DNA of 64,000 nucleotides from Orbicella franksi (Eukaryota): NCBI GenBank assembly GCA_964199315.1, contig OZ116698.1, positions 25,358,001 to 25,422,000 of the forward strand, read 5' to 3'. Shown piece by piece: positions 1 to 13,000 of this stretch (position 1 is its first letter; each line of letters starts with the position of its first letter). The notes under the pieces were generated by a model. It saw only the letters and a program-made list of their open reading frames with translations, ran no database searches and was not told where the DNA came from. The position numbers and the translations under genes were made by a program.

Positions 1-3000
1 CGCCAGTCAACAATACATGGCCTTGCTAAGCGTTGATATCAACAGGTATTTCCTTCCTTACAATGACCTCCAAAGCATGGAGTATTATAAGTTAATTGAG
101 TGTAACACAGTGATGAGTGCTTCACGTCCACTTGGCGTATGGAACTTCTCCAAATTTCGAGTCCCGTTGGGCACGCAGATTTAGGCCTGTCCACACTATG
201 CTGGAGGAATTTGAAAACGGAGGTTTAACTCCGAAAACGCATCAAATGTTTTCTGTCCACAGTACGCCGGAGGCATTTAAAAACGCAACAATCACCGGTC
301 ATTCTGGATTTGTGTTTGAGGAAACCTCGGGCAAGGAAATCACATGATTATCGTGACGTCATCGTTTTCGAAAAGCTCCTTTTTCAAAGTGTTTTCCGTC
401 CACACGAAAACGAAAAGCCAGCGTTTTCAAATTCCTTCGGTTTCAAGAGCGTTTTCGAAAAACTCCGCTTTCGTGACGGATTAGTTTGGACGGAAGGCGT
501 TACCAAGGAAATAAATAATGCTCCGTTTTCAAACTCCTTCGGCGTAGTGTAGACGCTGCCTTATACTTTGTCCCATGCTCAACTCATAAACAAGTTTCAT
601 GGTCTTTAATTAATGTAAAGCGTTCAACTAAACCTTTGTATCGACTGATATTGTTACAACTTTCCTTACAGATACGAAATCTTTTTGGATGAAGTCAAAC
701 CCGAGTCGTTAAGTTTATCATTTTTAAGGGAATTCATGGATTTACCAATATCATACTTTGCTGCTGGAGCGCCGCTGAAATATCGTAAGTTATATGCTTA
801 GGGTCAGTTTCGTAATCAAGATGGCGATTGATCGGGACATTGGGAGGTTGGGGCGTGGCACATTGTTCATGTGCAGTGGAACCCTGTCAATCCGGTCTCC
901 GATAGGCCACTGGGCGTATTAGCACACATCTGGGCGTATTAACGAAGTAGCCGTATTAAAGGGGTTCTTTAAACAAGAAAATGACTGAACGAACTTTTGT
1001 TCGGGCCAGAATTAATTGGCCGTGCAGTATTAACGGGGTGGCGGTAAGGCGGAGTTCCACTGTATTTATTTATTTGTTCCTTTGCCCGTTTGCTTGGTTG
1101 TTTGTTGGTTTGGATCTTAGCCTAAGCGACTATAACATCTCTATTAGCTTCACTTTATCTTGTCAGTAGAATTATATAACCAAAATAATTCATCGCTAGC
1201 TGAAATGACAAAAGCATTTATCCTAAAACTTGCAGAGGATTTTATTCAGCGATGGGGGACACATTACATCAAGTCTTCCAAATTCGGCGGCCAATTGCAG
1301 ATTCGTAAATTTATGGCTGCCGCGGACGTGTCGAGCAAAAACGAATTCTCAAAAGAAATGGAGGTGGAGTATAAAAGTTTGTTTGCCAGCGCTGGCGCTA
1401 AAAAGAGCAGCTCAGGCGGAGCGTCCTCGAGAAGTCAAAAGAAAACGTCTTCCACCACAGTTATTGCCTTGGGAGGAAGCCAAAAGATCGCTACTATCTT
1501 GTCAGACGCGTACTCACCGACTTTCAAAAATGAGTTTAAGGACTGGCTGATGTCCATCCCTCGGTATCCTAAACCGTTCCATTTCCAAGTTGGCATGGTT
1601 ACTGACCTGTTGAATTTCCGCATGCACGACTTGTTTCCGGAAGAAGCAGTCAATTGGGGCTGTGAAGGTAACGCCGCTAGTCTGACGACTGAGACTAACG
1701 CGAATGGAGAAGAAGTGTCTTTCTTCCAGACCGCTGGTGCTAATGGCACGGTGAAGCATTACTGCGCGTTTGATAGTCGAAAGGGACTGGAAGAAGCACT
1801 GAAGAGAAGAAGGATCAGTTTGAAGAGGGCCATTGAAGTTTACTTGGAAGAGGTAGGTTCAGGTATCCTACAAAGACAAACTATACGAACAGCTGGTGAA
1901 GGAAGCCCTTACCTGATCTTCAGTTGACAATTTTACTGTTGATAATTTCACTTGTAGTGTTCCACCTTTGCAAACAACATAACAACAGCATATTTGAGGA
2001 TCGTAACACTGTATAGGCGAGAGGAGGAGGTATTTGATGATGACTATGTTACAGTGAACTAATTCATCTTATAAACAAAATTTTTCCATCAAAATTGCAG
2101 AGCGATGATTGAGATGTCGAAATTAAACAAGACCTTGTATAACTATTTGACAGGTAATAGAGACTTCTGATCGAATAACGCTTACCTGCGTACTTGTTTC
2201 TCAAGGGCCCAACCTCTATCTCCGATTTTAATCTGCCTGCCTGCCGACCTACCCCAGCACCACCAACAGGAGACTTGCTTCAAAGTGCCATTCTTAAAAG
2301 GTCGATGAATGCGACACCCAACTGGCAGACTATCGCCGCAGGAAAAAAACACCTTCGTGTTATTTTCGATTTGAAGAAGGACCTCATTGGAAATGATGAC
2401 TATCGCATTCCTCGCAACATGAGTCGCCTGGTGAAATTCTCGGAGGGAAAGTGGCTGACGGCTGAAGAAGACGGCTCTTTCCACTTCTACAACGGTTTTA
2501 TGAATGGCAACAGCGGTGATCCTAGAAAGCACAAGATATCCATTCTAGGTTTGGTTCTGTCTTACAACCAGAAGACTGGAGGATTAGAGCTTCTACCAGC
2601 TGACTTCGAAGCATCCAAAAAGTTCTTCCCAGACCTTCATGATACTTTTGTTTGGCAGCGTTTGGCTAGTGTCGTGGAAGATAATACAGTGGTTTCTATG
2701 ACAGCAGACAAGAGGGAGACATTGGCGAACCCTCCTTGTCACGTGCAGTGGTCCAACTCGCTTCGTTTTGATCCCACTGACGGAGGAGGCAAATGTCTTC
2801 ACTTCACTGCCGCTACTGAAGGAAGTCTGTTTGTCGTGTTCTCGGCTTTGCCTAAGGACAAGAATACTTGGTATTACGTCGAAATTACACCCCAGAGAGT
2901 TGCTATTTACAAGGTAACAGGTGCTCTTTTACTCCGCCATTTTTCTTTTATAAATTAATCAGGGGAGTTACCTAGTGTTGAAGAAAAACATTTTCATGAG

Positions 3001-6000
3001 AAAATTTAGGACAACAAGATTTGTGGACTCACTGACGAGCCATGGGGCGGGTATTGCTTGTCACGGCTGTTTTGGAGTTCTCACGACGCCGGTTTCACGA
3101 ATGTTTCCGTAACTCTTGTTTATACGAAAGAAAGAATTCCGGAAAAAAAAATTCTTCTTTCTGTGGGTGCACTGTCTTGTTTTTCTTATTCGTTAACAGA
3201 TCGCAGTTTCATTAGAAATGTAACACAGCCAGTTGAGAAGCTTGACATTTCGTATGCTGAAAAACGTACATTCTCATTTCTATTATATTTTCAATCAAAC
3301 CACAATGGCTTCACAACAAGAGTTTACAATTTCATTTCCAGGACGCGGCGATCTGCGTACTGCCCCAACAACCAGTTGTCAGGGGCAACACGTGAATCGC
3401 CCTGGGGTCAAGTTGTAGGTTACGAGGACGATACTCGAGAGTGGCGAAGGCGAGCTGAGCCTAATAACTTATAGTTTAACTTTAGTACCCTAGCTATCAG
3501 GTCTTCTTGAACTAATGTCATTGTATAAACGTAATGCAGTGCAACAGCACGGAAATTAACTCATTGGACACCTTTCCATCCTAAGTTTACACTTCTCTAC
3601 CGTTCTGTTATTTTTGTTGTCTCTCATCGGTCGTTAAAGGGAGAGCAATTAAAGACTTCAACCGCTGACCCAAACGCACTGGGCCTGGGCGATCCATCTC
3701 TACTGCAGGCTTACTTTGTGTGTGTCACTGAGTCCACGTCAACAACTCTGATAGAATACGGCAAAACCATGGGAACCACAGAAAGTGGGGATGTCTACCT
3801 TAACATGCTGGACACCACTCACCGTCTGAATGTACGGTTGTATGCTTTTGCAAACAGCAAAGAAAGGGCGTATGTTATTGATGCGCATATAGTACCACGT
3901 GAGATGACTGAGGCTGAGTGCAAGGGAGATACACACAAGGATCTGGAATCTAGGCTGTGCACGCAGAATTGTCATGAGGATTGTGATCCACTCTTTGGTG
4001 AGCAAATCGACATTTGAGTTCTTCTTACAGTTAATAGCAATGCAACCAAGAGAGAAAACCGCCAACATTTTCACGAAATAATATCTCAAGATTGAAACTA
4101 AATGTAGGCTCGATTACCAGCCGCTGTTCGAGAAAGGAGCCTGTGCTCGTCCCCCGACTGAACTCACTGAGCCTAAACTAAATGGAGTTAAATATTACGC
4201 TATAGTTCAAGGACCTTTTACTGGTAAACTACTCCGAAACGAGAAAGAACGTCTTAATTTTTCTTTGAGTGGTACCAATTTTGCAGCAGTATTGCCCATT
4301 GTTGTTCTTTATTAATATCCTGCAGAGGAAGAATGCTTTAGATCTATTAACATCACGTATAAAATGCATCTTCGCCAATCAAAGCGTGTGAAAATTGATT
4401 TGCGAACCACTGTTTATAGGTTGTACCACACAGTCATCTGGGAACCCGCAGCCAAATGAGTGTAACGTGTGCCGTGTTGCCAAGGACGCTGCATCAGGGA
4501 ATTGTCTTCCGGAATGTAAAGAACCTAACTACCTAACACCTGACAACTTTTGTGTCGATAAGAGTGGTAAGTGTTTTCTTCCGCAAAACTTTAATCTTGT
4601 TCACTTTCTCAAGCCTTCATCCCCCCAAGAAAAGAACTGAACTGAATAGGAAACGCTAGCCCATGTACTCTAAGAATGATTTCCTTTCCTTTAAGAGATC
4701 CTCACATTTTTCAGCGTTTGCTGGAGGCCATTTTCTGGCTTTTTTCCAGATAACATTATCTGGTAACATATTCCCCCACCAGCAGTTTAAGAAATGCTCG
4801 AAGGCCACCTGTATTCTTACTTCTAGTTCCTATTTATGATGTTAATTTCAATTTTTGAAAGTTATTTCAATTGATCAGCTTTGTTAAAGAGATCATGCTG
4901 ACGCTCGATGCGTCGGCTTATTGATTTTGCCCCAGGGGTTACTTTGCTGACGGAACAGAGAATAATCGTTTCACCAAAATCTCAAGGGAAGTGCGAAACT
5001 GGATTATTTGAGCCGCTACAAAAATCTGGAGTAATTTAGACATTTGACTCGATTAAAGGGCTTTATCACTTTGTACTTTTAATTCCTTCCCCGCTCGATG
5101 GAGCGAATGATAGATTGAGCGCAATATCCCAGGGGTAGGGGCATTTGATTGACCACACTAAAGGAAGCGCCTGCATGTCTACTCATGTTAAGCAGATTAG
5201 AATGACTGTAAAAGGTTTTTTTCTTTTTCAGCTACTTTTGATATGCAAGTGGGAAATTCACCCTACGGAATATCAATACGTCAAATCCCTAAGCTGGCCT
5301 CCATCACTATGTGCTTTTGGCTTCGTTTCCCTGCGGCAATCGTCATAGATAACAAGAGTTACTTTCCCATGATTAATTATTATGTGAGTGGCAGGCGGTA
5401 CCAGGAGTTTGCACTAAACTGGTATCCAAACCGAGACCGGACGGAGCCTGGGATGCAAGTAGCTTTTAAAACATGGAGAAGAAATAATAAATACTTACCA
5501 AGGTACTTTTTGAGACTAAAGTTTTAAGATTTAACGCAGGTTTAAACAATAAAATTTTCATTAGACAGGAGGAAAATAAATGGTTCAGCGGGGCAAAGTG
5601 CGCAGCCCTCGTACTCTCAGGGCAAGTACAAAGCGCGAGACAGGTGCGAAGACTTAACGACGACTTCTCTTTAAGAAATGCTTTGCATTTTTAAATCTAT
5701 CTTTTTAAGAGGGAAGTTGGCCATTTGTTTTGCTGTACCCTTAATGAATAGTTTTGTTAACATGCCATAGAAAATACAGGTAATTAGAATACAGCAAAAC
5801 CATTATATACTCAACTGTATTACACCCAGCCTTCCCATCGTGCGCTGCGCGTATGTCACATCCGCAGTTCAAATATATGATCTTTCATATATTATTCACT
5901 TGCATTCACAGTATAGCCACTGTATTTTCTATGGCATGGTATAAAATAGTTATGCCAGGATTGATTAACGAATCTGCCCAAAACTAAGCTTTCTTAAAAC

Positions 6001-6595
6001 AGGCTGAACGCCAGATCATTATTATGTTCTCTAACTACCTTCATTTTTATCGAATAGGATGTCGTTTGAGCAACTTCTGGACAAGAAATGGCACCATATC
6101 TGTGCCACGTGGAATGGAGAAAGCGGTGTGGTCATGCAATACCTCGATGGAGTCAAGAAACAAGCTGGAACTGGCCTGGTCTGGGAGTATGAGGGCGGAG
6201 GAACTCTTAAGATGGGAGACTCCACCTCTTTCCCTTACGATCTTTCTAGCTTTAACCTTTGGGATCAGGTTCTCGCCCCTGAAAACATCAAAGACATGTC
6301 TAAGTCATGTCTTAGAGGCATTGGAAACGTCAAGAGCTGGCTGGACTTCAAAGACGCAGCCAGAGCAAAAAGAACGTTACAAGTGGTGAGTCCTTCTGTC
6401 TGTACCAGCCCTTCCCAGCCCAGTACTGACGAGCCCGCGGAAGAGCCTCAGTTTAACTACTCGTCCCCATGGAATAATGGCACCCATCCCGTAGGGCCTG
6501 TCGGTATGGATGCGGTTGACGAGCCCGAATATCGCACTCTCCCCAACCCACCTCCGTGGAAGAAAGGCACTAGCAGTGGAAAAAATTCCTTCTAA
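1..6595 (+). CDS. MACPF / furin-like / pentraxin-like multidomain protein, copy A (5' part outside window)
   Basis: GT-AG exons with a continuous frame: <1-45, 672-784, 1236-1852, 2206-2913, 3640-3997, 4420-4566, 5232-5502, 6058-6595 (TAA). MACPF signature RWGTHYIKSSKFGG; furin-like Cys repeat CHEDCDPLFGC..C..C..C...C; pentraxin-like WHHICATWNG and FNLWDQVL. Exon sizes of 113, 358 and 147 nt are identical in copies B and C. Confidence 0.9.
184..560. mobile_element. PIF/Harbinger-type MITE in an intron of copy A
   Basis: Imperfect terminal inverted repeats (ggcctgtccacactatgc / ggcgtagtgtagacgctgcc) flanked by TTA on both sides (181-183, 561-563). A related copy lies at about 47217-47592. Confidence 0.7.
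874..1062. mobile_element. Tc1/mariner-type MITE (CAGTGGAAC...GTTCCACTG termini)
   Basis: Inverted termini cagtggaac / gttccactg; same family as 30810-31202. Confidence 0.6.
5757..5955. repeat. Dispersed hairpin-like repeat (catgccatagaaaatacag ... ctgtattttctatggcatg)
   Basis: Inverted ends are visible; related copies at about 37020-37190 and, reversed, about 28610-28740. Boundaries approximate. Confidence 0.55.
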
Positions 6596-7033
6596 GTCAT
6601 GTTCGCGATCAGGAGTTTCATCGTTGATTTAACATGCAGCTCAGCTGACCACAAAGATGCAAAAGGCTAAGCTCATGCTACTCGCCAGCTTCTCGACCCC
6701 GGAGCCACGCACACTTTTTGTGACGTAAAAGGAAGAGGGTCCTGGGACGAGAATGAGTGTTTCAGGATATAATGAATTTACGAACAATAAATCAATTTAT
6801 AAACTGCCCAGTAGTAGTCCTAATGTTATTGCACCAAGTACTATAAACAGACGAAATACGACTGATCGAGTAATTTATGGGTAAGAGGGTGGTGGTACAA
6901 CAGTGAGCGAAATGATGGAGTCAAAGATTGAACTGAACACTAAACAGTCCGACTCTTTTATTTTCGACGTTTCACAGCTTAGCATTCGTTACATTGACCT
7001 CAATTCGTCATCAGCAGGTAGAGATCATCCACT

Positions 7034-10000
7034 TTATTTACTGGACTCTGGTGTCTCTTCTTCAGCACCCTGTCGTGCCGGGGGGAGACACACCGAGGGA
7101 GCATTTACTTTTAAAGCGCTGATGGCTTTTGCCTTGTCAGAAAATTCCAGCCAATGCTTGACATTCCCAATTCCCTTCAGACAGGAAGTTGCTAAATCCT
7201 TTATTTCCACTTCAGGAAGAATTTTATCCCAAAGATTGAAGCCAGTGATCTGATACGCCTGTGCAGCGTATGTTTCACCGATACTCAGGGTCCCTCCGCC
7301 ATCCAATGCGTGCGCGACACCGGTCTCCGATTTCTTTCTGACGCCATCAACATATTGCGTAACGACTCCACTCTCTCCTGAAAATGTGATGCACAGATGG
7401 TGCCATTTCCTGTCATCAAAAAGGTCTGTGGAAATCCTGTGAATGTACAATACAACCCATTCCGTGGTTATCATACCATAAAAATCTGATATTAATCACC
7501 CCCCAAAAATATAAGTGAATAAATTGCACTTGCAAAGAAAAAAAGCGAAAAAATAATAACAAATATTGATAAAACTAGTACAACAACACTTACTTATAAA
7601 TTCCACGTATTACATTGGGAAAAACACACATGCACTTACATGCACACACACGGTAAAACAAGTCAAGAGTACATCAACAGCAGCATTTAGTTAGATTGTT
7701 AATTTTGCTGCATCTGCAACAGATTAGTTTAAACGTTCCAGTGTCATCTGGGTCAAACACTATTTGTGATGTGAAGGTGAATTAATCAACATGACACGAG
7801 CGTGGGACAAAGAAAAATTCTGAGTCCCCGACATGAATCGAACCCATGACCTCCCGAACACCGGGCGGGCGCTCTATCCATTGAGCTACGAGAACTCATG
7901 TAGAGCAAGGTCATTTAACTGAGTTCATATATGATAGTCATATATGAACTCAGTTAAATGACCTTGATAGAGCGCCCGCCCGGTGTTCGGGAGGTCATGG
8001 GTTCGATTCCTGTCGGGGACTCAGAATTTTTCTTTGTCCCACGCTCGTGTCATGTTGATTAATTCACCTTCACATTTCATTACCGAGCTTAAAATTCACC
8101 ATCTTTATTAACTTATCACTATTTGTGATGTCTTTAACTTCATTTTGAAAGAATTTAAGACAATATATACAGTGCAGAGACCATTGGTTTTCATCCAATG
8201 ATCATGGAACCCGTGTTGTTTTCCCTGAAAAGGATTCAAACAACTTCCACATTTCTAAAATGCATCGCAGTGGTTCTGTGTGTTAGGACCAAACCACGAC
8301 TGAGGGAGGGTATGCGGTGAGCGTCACTCTCTTAGTAGTCACTGCTTCCTACCTGTCGAGTGAAGCCCAACTCTCTCCAGTCCAATATCCTTGGACAATA
8401 AGTAGTTCCAGTCGATTTTCACCACCCTTCACCCAAAGCAGCTGAAGACTCTGCGAACGTGTCCCTCTCACTTCGTAGTCCATCTTTCTCCAAGCCCAAT
8501 CAGTTTTAAAATCCAAGAAGCGAAGCCACGTGCACATGGTTAGGGATGGTAGATGGGGGATCTGGCGCACTGAAAGCCTTTCAGAAAGAACGTGTGTCCC
8601 TAGCTCCAGGTCAAAAGTGCCTTTGAAAATGATATAAACAATGAACTGTTAGACTTAGGACAGACCCATATGTATGATAGATTTAGTAAGAAGTTGCAAG
8701 CTAGTCTTGTATAAAAACTTGTTCGGATGGCCAAAAGGATTGCCAAGCTTCATCTCAAGCGCACTCAAGTTGAAAAAGCAACCTTTTAACGTTATGGATA
8801 ACGTGCGATCTACTTGTGTTGACTGGAGTTTGGTTTCCAAACGGAGAACAAACTTGCACCGACTTACGTTCATATTTGATCGAGACCAGAACGTACTGAA
8901 GTCAACTCAGGTGCAGGCGAGCCCGAAAGTTTATGTACCTTTGTGCGCTCTTGATCACAAGCATATTTCCATTTGCTTCTCACAAGCAATTGCTTAGTTA
9001 ACAAACGTTTCTTTCGCGACAAAAGAGGGTGCTCGCAAGCCCCTAGACACAATTTCTAAAACCTCTATCGTCTATCCGAAAATATCAAAAGTATTTACCA
9101 CTCTTGTCAATGCAAATCTTATTGGGCGATAAGTAGTTGGGTTCTTTACAGTCTGGCAGACATTTTCCCGTGGCCAGGTCCTCGGCAATTCGGCACACGT
9201 TACATTCTGTGGGCAGTGGGTTCCCAGATGATTTCGTGTTGCATCCTTAGATTAAAGGGACAAAATATAACACACAATTAGTAGTTTTACGCTGTAATAT
9301 GTCGGCCAGTTGTAGATATCTTAACTGAGTTCCGCAAAAATTGAGCTGACCTAGTGAAGTTTATGGCTGTGGATAATGCATTAACCAAACACCTCTAGGT
9401 ATGAGTCTTATCCAGAGTCTTAATCTTAACTGGGTAATGAGTACCATTTTAGGGTAAATCGGCCTTACGATATTAAGACCCGCATTTTCCTGAAGTTGCT
9501 AGGTAACTAAGAAACATGGCGTTACTTCACGCATGAAGCATTAAGAGAACAATAAATTCCTCATAGAAGATTGCGTTTTACATTTTAGTTTATTTTCATG
9601 CTTATAGACACCCGATAAGTTGATTCTGTATTTGTTAACCGTCTCCTTACCATAAAGTGGATCGCAGTCCTCGTGGCAGTTTTGTGTGCACAGCCTCGAT
9701 TCCAGATCCATATATGTATCCCCTTTACACTCAGCCTCGGTTAAGTCACGTGGCACGATGTGGGCGTCTATCACATCGAGGTCCTTATCTCCGTTCCCGA
9801 ACGCGTAGAATCGCACGTTCAAGCGATCAGTGATGTCTAGCATGTTTAAGTAAATATCACCACTCTCTGTAGTTCCCAGTGTTTTTCCATATTCCATGAG
9901 AGTGGTTGATTCAGACTCGGTGACACAGACAAAGTAAGACTGCAGCAGGCTTGGGTCACCCAGACCCCGCGCGTTCTTGTTGGTGGTTGATGTTTTCACT

Positions 10001-13000
10001 TGGTTACCCTGTGGAGAAGGAGCGGGGAGAGTTACCACCGACCGTTCGTTCAAATGATCATCAGTATTAGTTTTTCGTGTCCAAACTTTTTCAAGTTCAA
10101 TTTTCAAAAAGTGTCTGATTCCATGGATCGTGAAAGTTAAAAATAATAAGGTAGTCATGAGCTCTCGCCGTTGGCAAACAACGACTTAAAGTATGTATTT
10201 GTTTTCGTCTCAGTGACCCTAACAAATCATAGCTACCAGCCCCTAACTGTCGGCACATTTCTCATATCGTGGAAGTTTAAATTTTAACGAGGTAGTGGAG
10301 GAGGCGCGGGGAGTGGGGGAGAGGGCGTTGAATAAATGTCGTCTAAAACTATGAAGGAGTATGCATCAGCTCCTCGACTTCTCTGCATTTGGAGTGGAAG
10401 TTGGAAACAAAGAGAGAAGGAACCCTTCCTGCGCCAGAATTCAATAAGAGGAGCCGATGATCTGTTACCTTATAAATGGCCACTCTATCAGGAGTTATCT
10501 CAGTGTAATACCATGACGATTTATCCTTAGGTAAAGTCGAGAATACCACGAAAATCTTTCCCTCGCTAGCGGCTGTGAAATGAAGGCATTTTCCGTTAGA
10601 ATCCGTCGGATCGAAACGAAGTGCGTTTGACCATTTGACATTGCAAGGGGCACTTGCCGCAGCTTCTCGTTTACTTGCCACTTTGGTAACAGACTTGGTT
10701 TCTATGGCAACCCTGGCCAGAGTACGTCCGGCAAGAAATTCGTGGAGATTGGGAAAGAACTGTTTGGAAGCTTCGAAATCGGCGGGTAACATTTCTAGTC
10801 CTCCAGATTTCTCGTTGTACGATAGAACCAGACCAAAAATGGACATCTTGCGTTTCCTAGCATCACCGGTGCCTCCGTTGTTGAAGGCATTGTACAAGTG
10901 GAACGAACCGTCTTCTTCCCCTATCAGCCATTTTCCGTTGGTGTACTTCACAAGGCGGCTCATGTTTCGGGGAATAGTGTAGTCCTCTATACCGGCCAGG
11001 TCTCTTTTCATATCAAAGATGACTCGAACCTCTTTCTGACCGCTTGTGATTTTCTGCCATGCTGGTGCAAATTTTGTAGTAGTCCTTTTCTGTAGGTCTG
11101 CTTGAGCCGGGGCTTCAGCTGGAGGGGACGAGCATGCTGGGAGGTTAAAATCTGAAATGGATGTTGGGCCCTGTAATGAGAAAAAATACTGTCACTGTTA
11201 GAACTTGAAAGCGTGGCATATTTGTAAGCGTGACTAGACGTGACGCATGAAAGTGCGCCTTATGGACTATATGCGAGACCCCCTCACGGACTATACGAGA
11301 CCTTGTGCTTCTGCTAGAGGAAAACCCTCGCTTTTGTTTGCGTTGTTGTAAATACCGGGCTGTATGAAAATTAAAGGTTGAAACTGAACCGTCGAGTGAA
11401 TCTTTAACAACTTTCTAACAGTCACACTCCTCAAAGAAAGATGTATAGAATCTGTTCTATTATAAAACAGGAAGTTCCTCTTTTAGAAACACTTTTTTTT
11501 AGTATGCCCATATCTCTTTCCCACCCCTCTCTCTACAGTAAAATCCCCTTTTTAAAATGGTCCCTCAAAAAGGTTGAATAGGAAAATATTATTCAGTGGA
11601 AACTTTTTGAGTGAACTCTCAGCGAACTGAGTCCTTCTGGCGGGAGGTTCAACAGCAGGACCTGGTTAAGCGCACTTCTCATGCAGGTTGAATTAATTTG
11701 TTAAAGAGTGACTGCGAACGCTCAATATATTAAGATACCTCTTCCATATAAACCTCGATAGCTCTCTTCAAACTGATCCTTCTTCTCTTGATGGCCTCCT
11801 CTAATCCCTTTCGACTCTGGAACATGCAGTAGTGTTTCACCATAGTTCCATTTGGTCCAACACTTTCGAAGAAGGTGACGGTATCCCCGTTCGCGTTCTT
11901 CTCAGTTTTCAAGCTTGCTGCGTGTCCCTCACAGCCCCAATCGACTTTTTCGTCGGGAAACAAATCCCGCATTCGGAAATTTACCAGGTTTGTAATGGGA
12001 CTGACCTGGAAGAGAAACGGCTTGGGATACTTGGGAATGGAAACAAGCCAGTCTTTGAATTCACTTTTAAATGTGGGTGAGTACGCGTCGGACAGGATGG
12101 AAGCTATTTCATGGCTTCCACCCAGAGCTATAATGGTTGTTGAAGTGGTTTTGGACTGATTCCTCGCATATTCTCCGCCTGAGGTGCTTGACTTGGCTCC
12201 CGCACTTGAAAATAATGTTTTGTACTCCATCTCCATTTCTACGGCAAATTCTTTCTTGTTAGAGACATCAGTTGCGTCCATGAACTTTCGAATTTGAAGT
12301 TGACCGCCAAACTTGGACGACTTGATATAATGCGTGCCCCACCGCTGAATAAACTCCTCTGCAAGTTTAATAGAAATCATAACGTATAACAAATAGTTTT
12401 TTTATACTCAGCTTCTACTGAATTAAACTACGATTCTTGAAAGATTCGCGTACAAACTCAAATTGTCTGAAAGCGAAAAGTAACAGGCTATAGCCTAGCT
12501 GACTATCGCTCGTACTCTTGTGACGCATCAAAGTCTCCAACGCATGCGCAGCCGCCGCTTATCCCGGTTACCATAATATGAAGCAACTTTCAGTGTCGCT
12601 CCTCAGCCCCCGCCTAAGCTGCTAGTCCAGCATCTCGGCAGGTCCGGCCCTAAGAGTAGAAGAGGACCTCCTTTTCTTGTTTAGTCAAGCGTGACGCAAA
12701 TGAAAGTATGGGTTAGCGATTAAATAAATGAAGTTGAAACAGAATAACAGTTGAAAAGAATAGAGCAGGCCTACCCTAGCTCTTTTGATTACTTACGGTA
12801 TTTAAGTGGTGCTCCAGCGGCGAAGTAAGATGAAGGTAGACCCATGTATTCCCTCAGAAATGATAAACTTAAGTCTTGGGGTTTGACTTCGTCCAAAAAG
12901 ACTTCATATCTGAAATGAATTTATTCCTTGTACACTTAGCTTATGAGTTGGCTAGAGCTGTTCCTAAGATTGAAAAAGAATATGTTGTTTTTTGGACAAT

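Noticed and set aside
117-552. Similar short ORFs at 117-552 and 47015-47772 as a small gene family
   Set aside because: The similarity comes from two copies of the same non-coding MITE.
1230-2802. Overlapping and antisense ORFs over MACPF exons (also over EFL1 and pol)
   Set aside because: Shadow frames of real coding sequence with no independent motifs or splice support.
1160-2958. ORFs 1160-1927 and 2194-2958 as separate single-exon genes (likewise their homologues in B and C)
   Set aside because: They are internal exons with intron read-through; splice sites and phases link them into one frame.
7880-8035. Functional tRNA gene
   Set aside because: The tRNA-like sequence has no complete acceptor stem, runs into a SINE body and tail, is duplicated in inverted form and is bounded by a TSD, so it is a SINE head.
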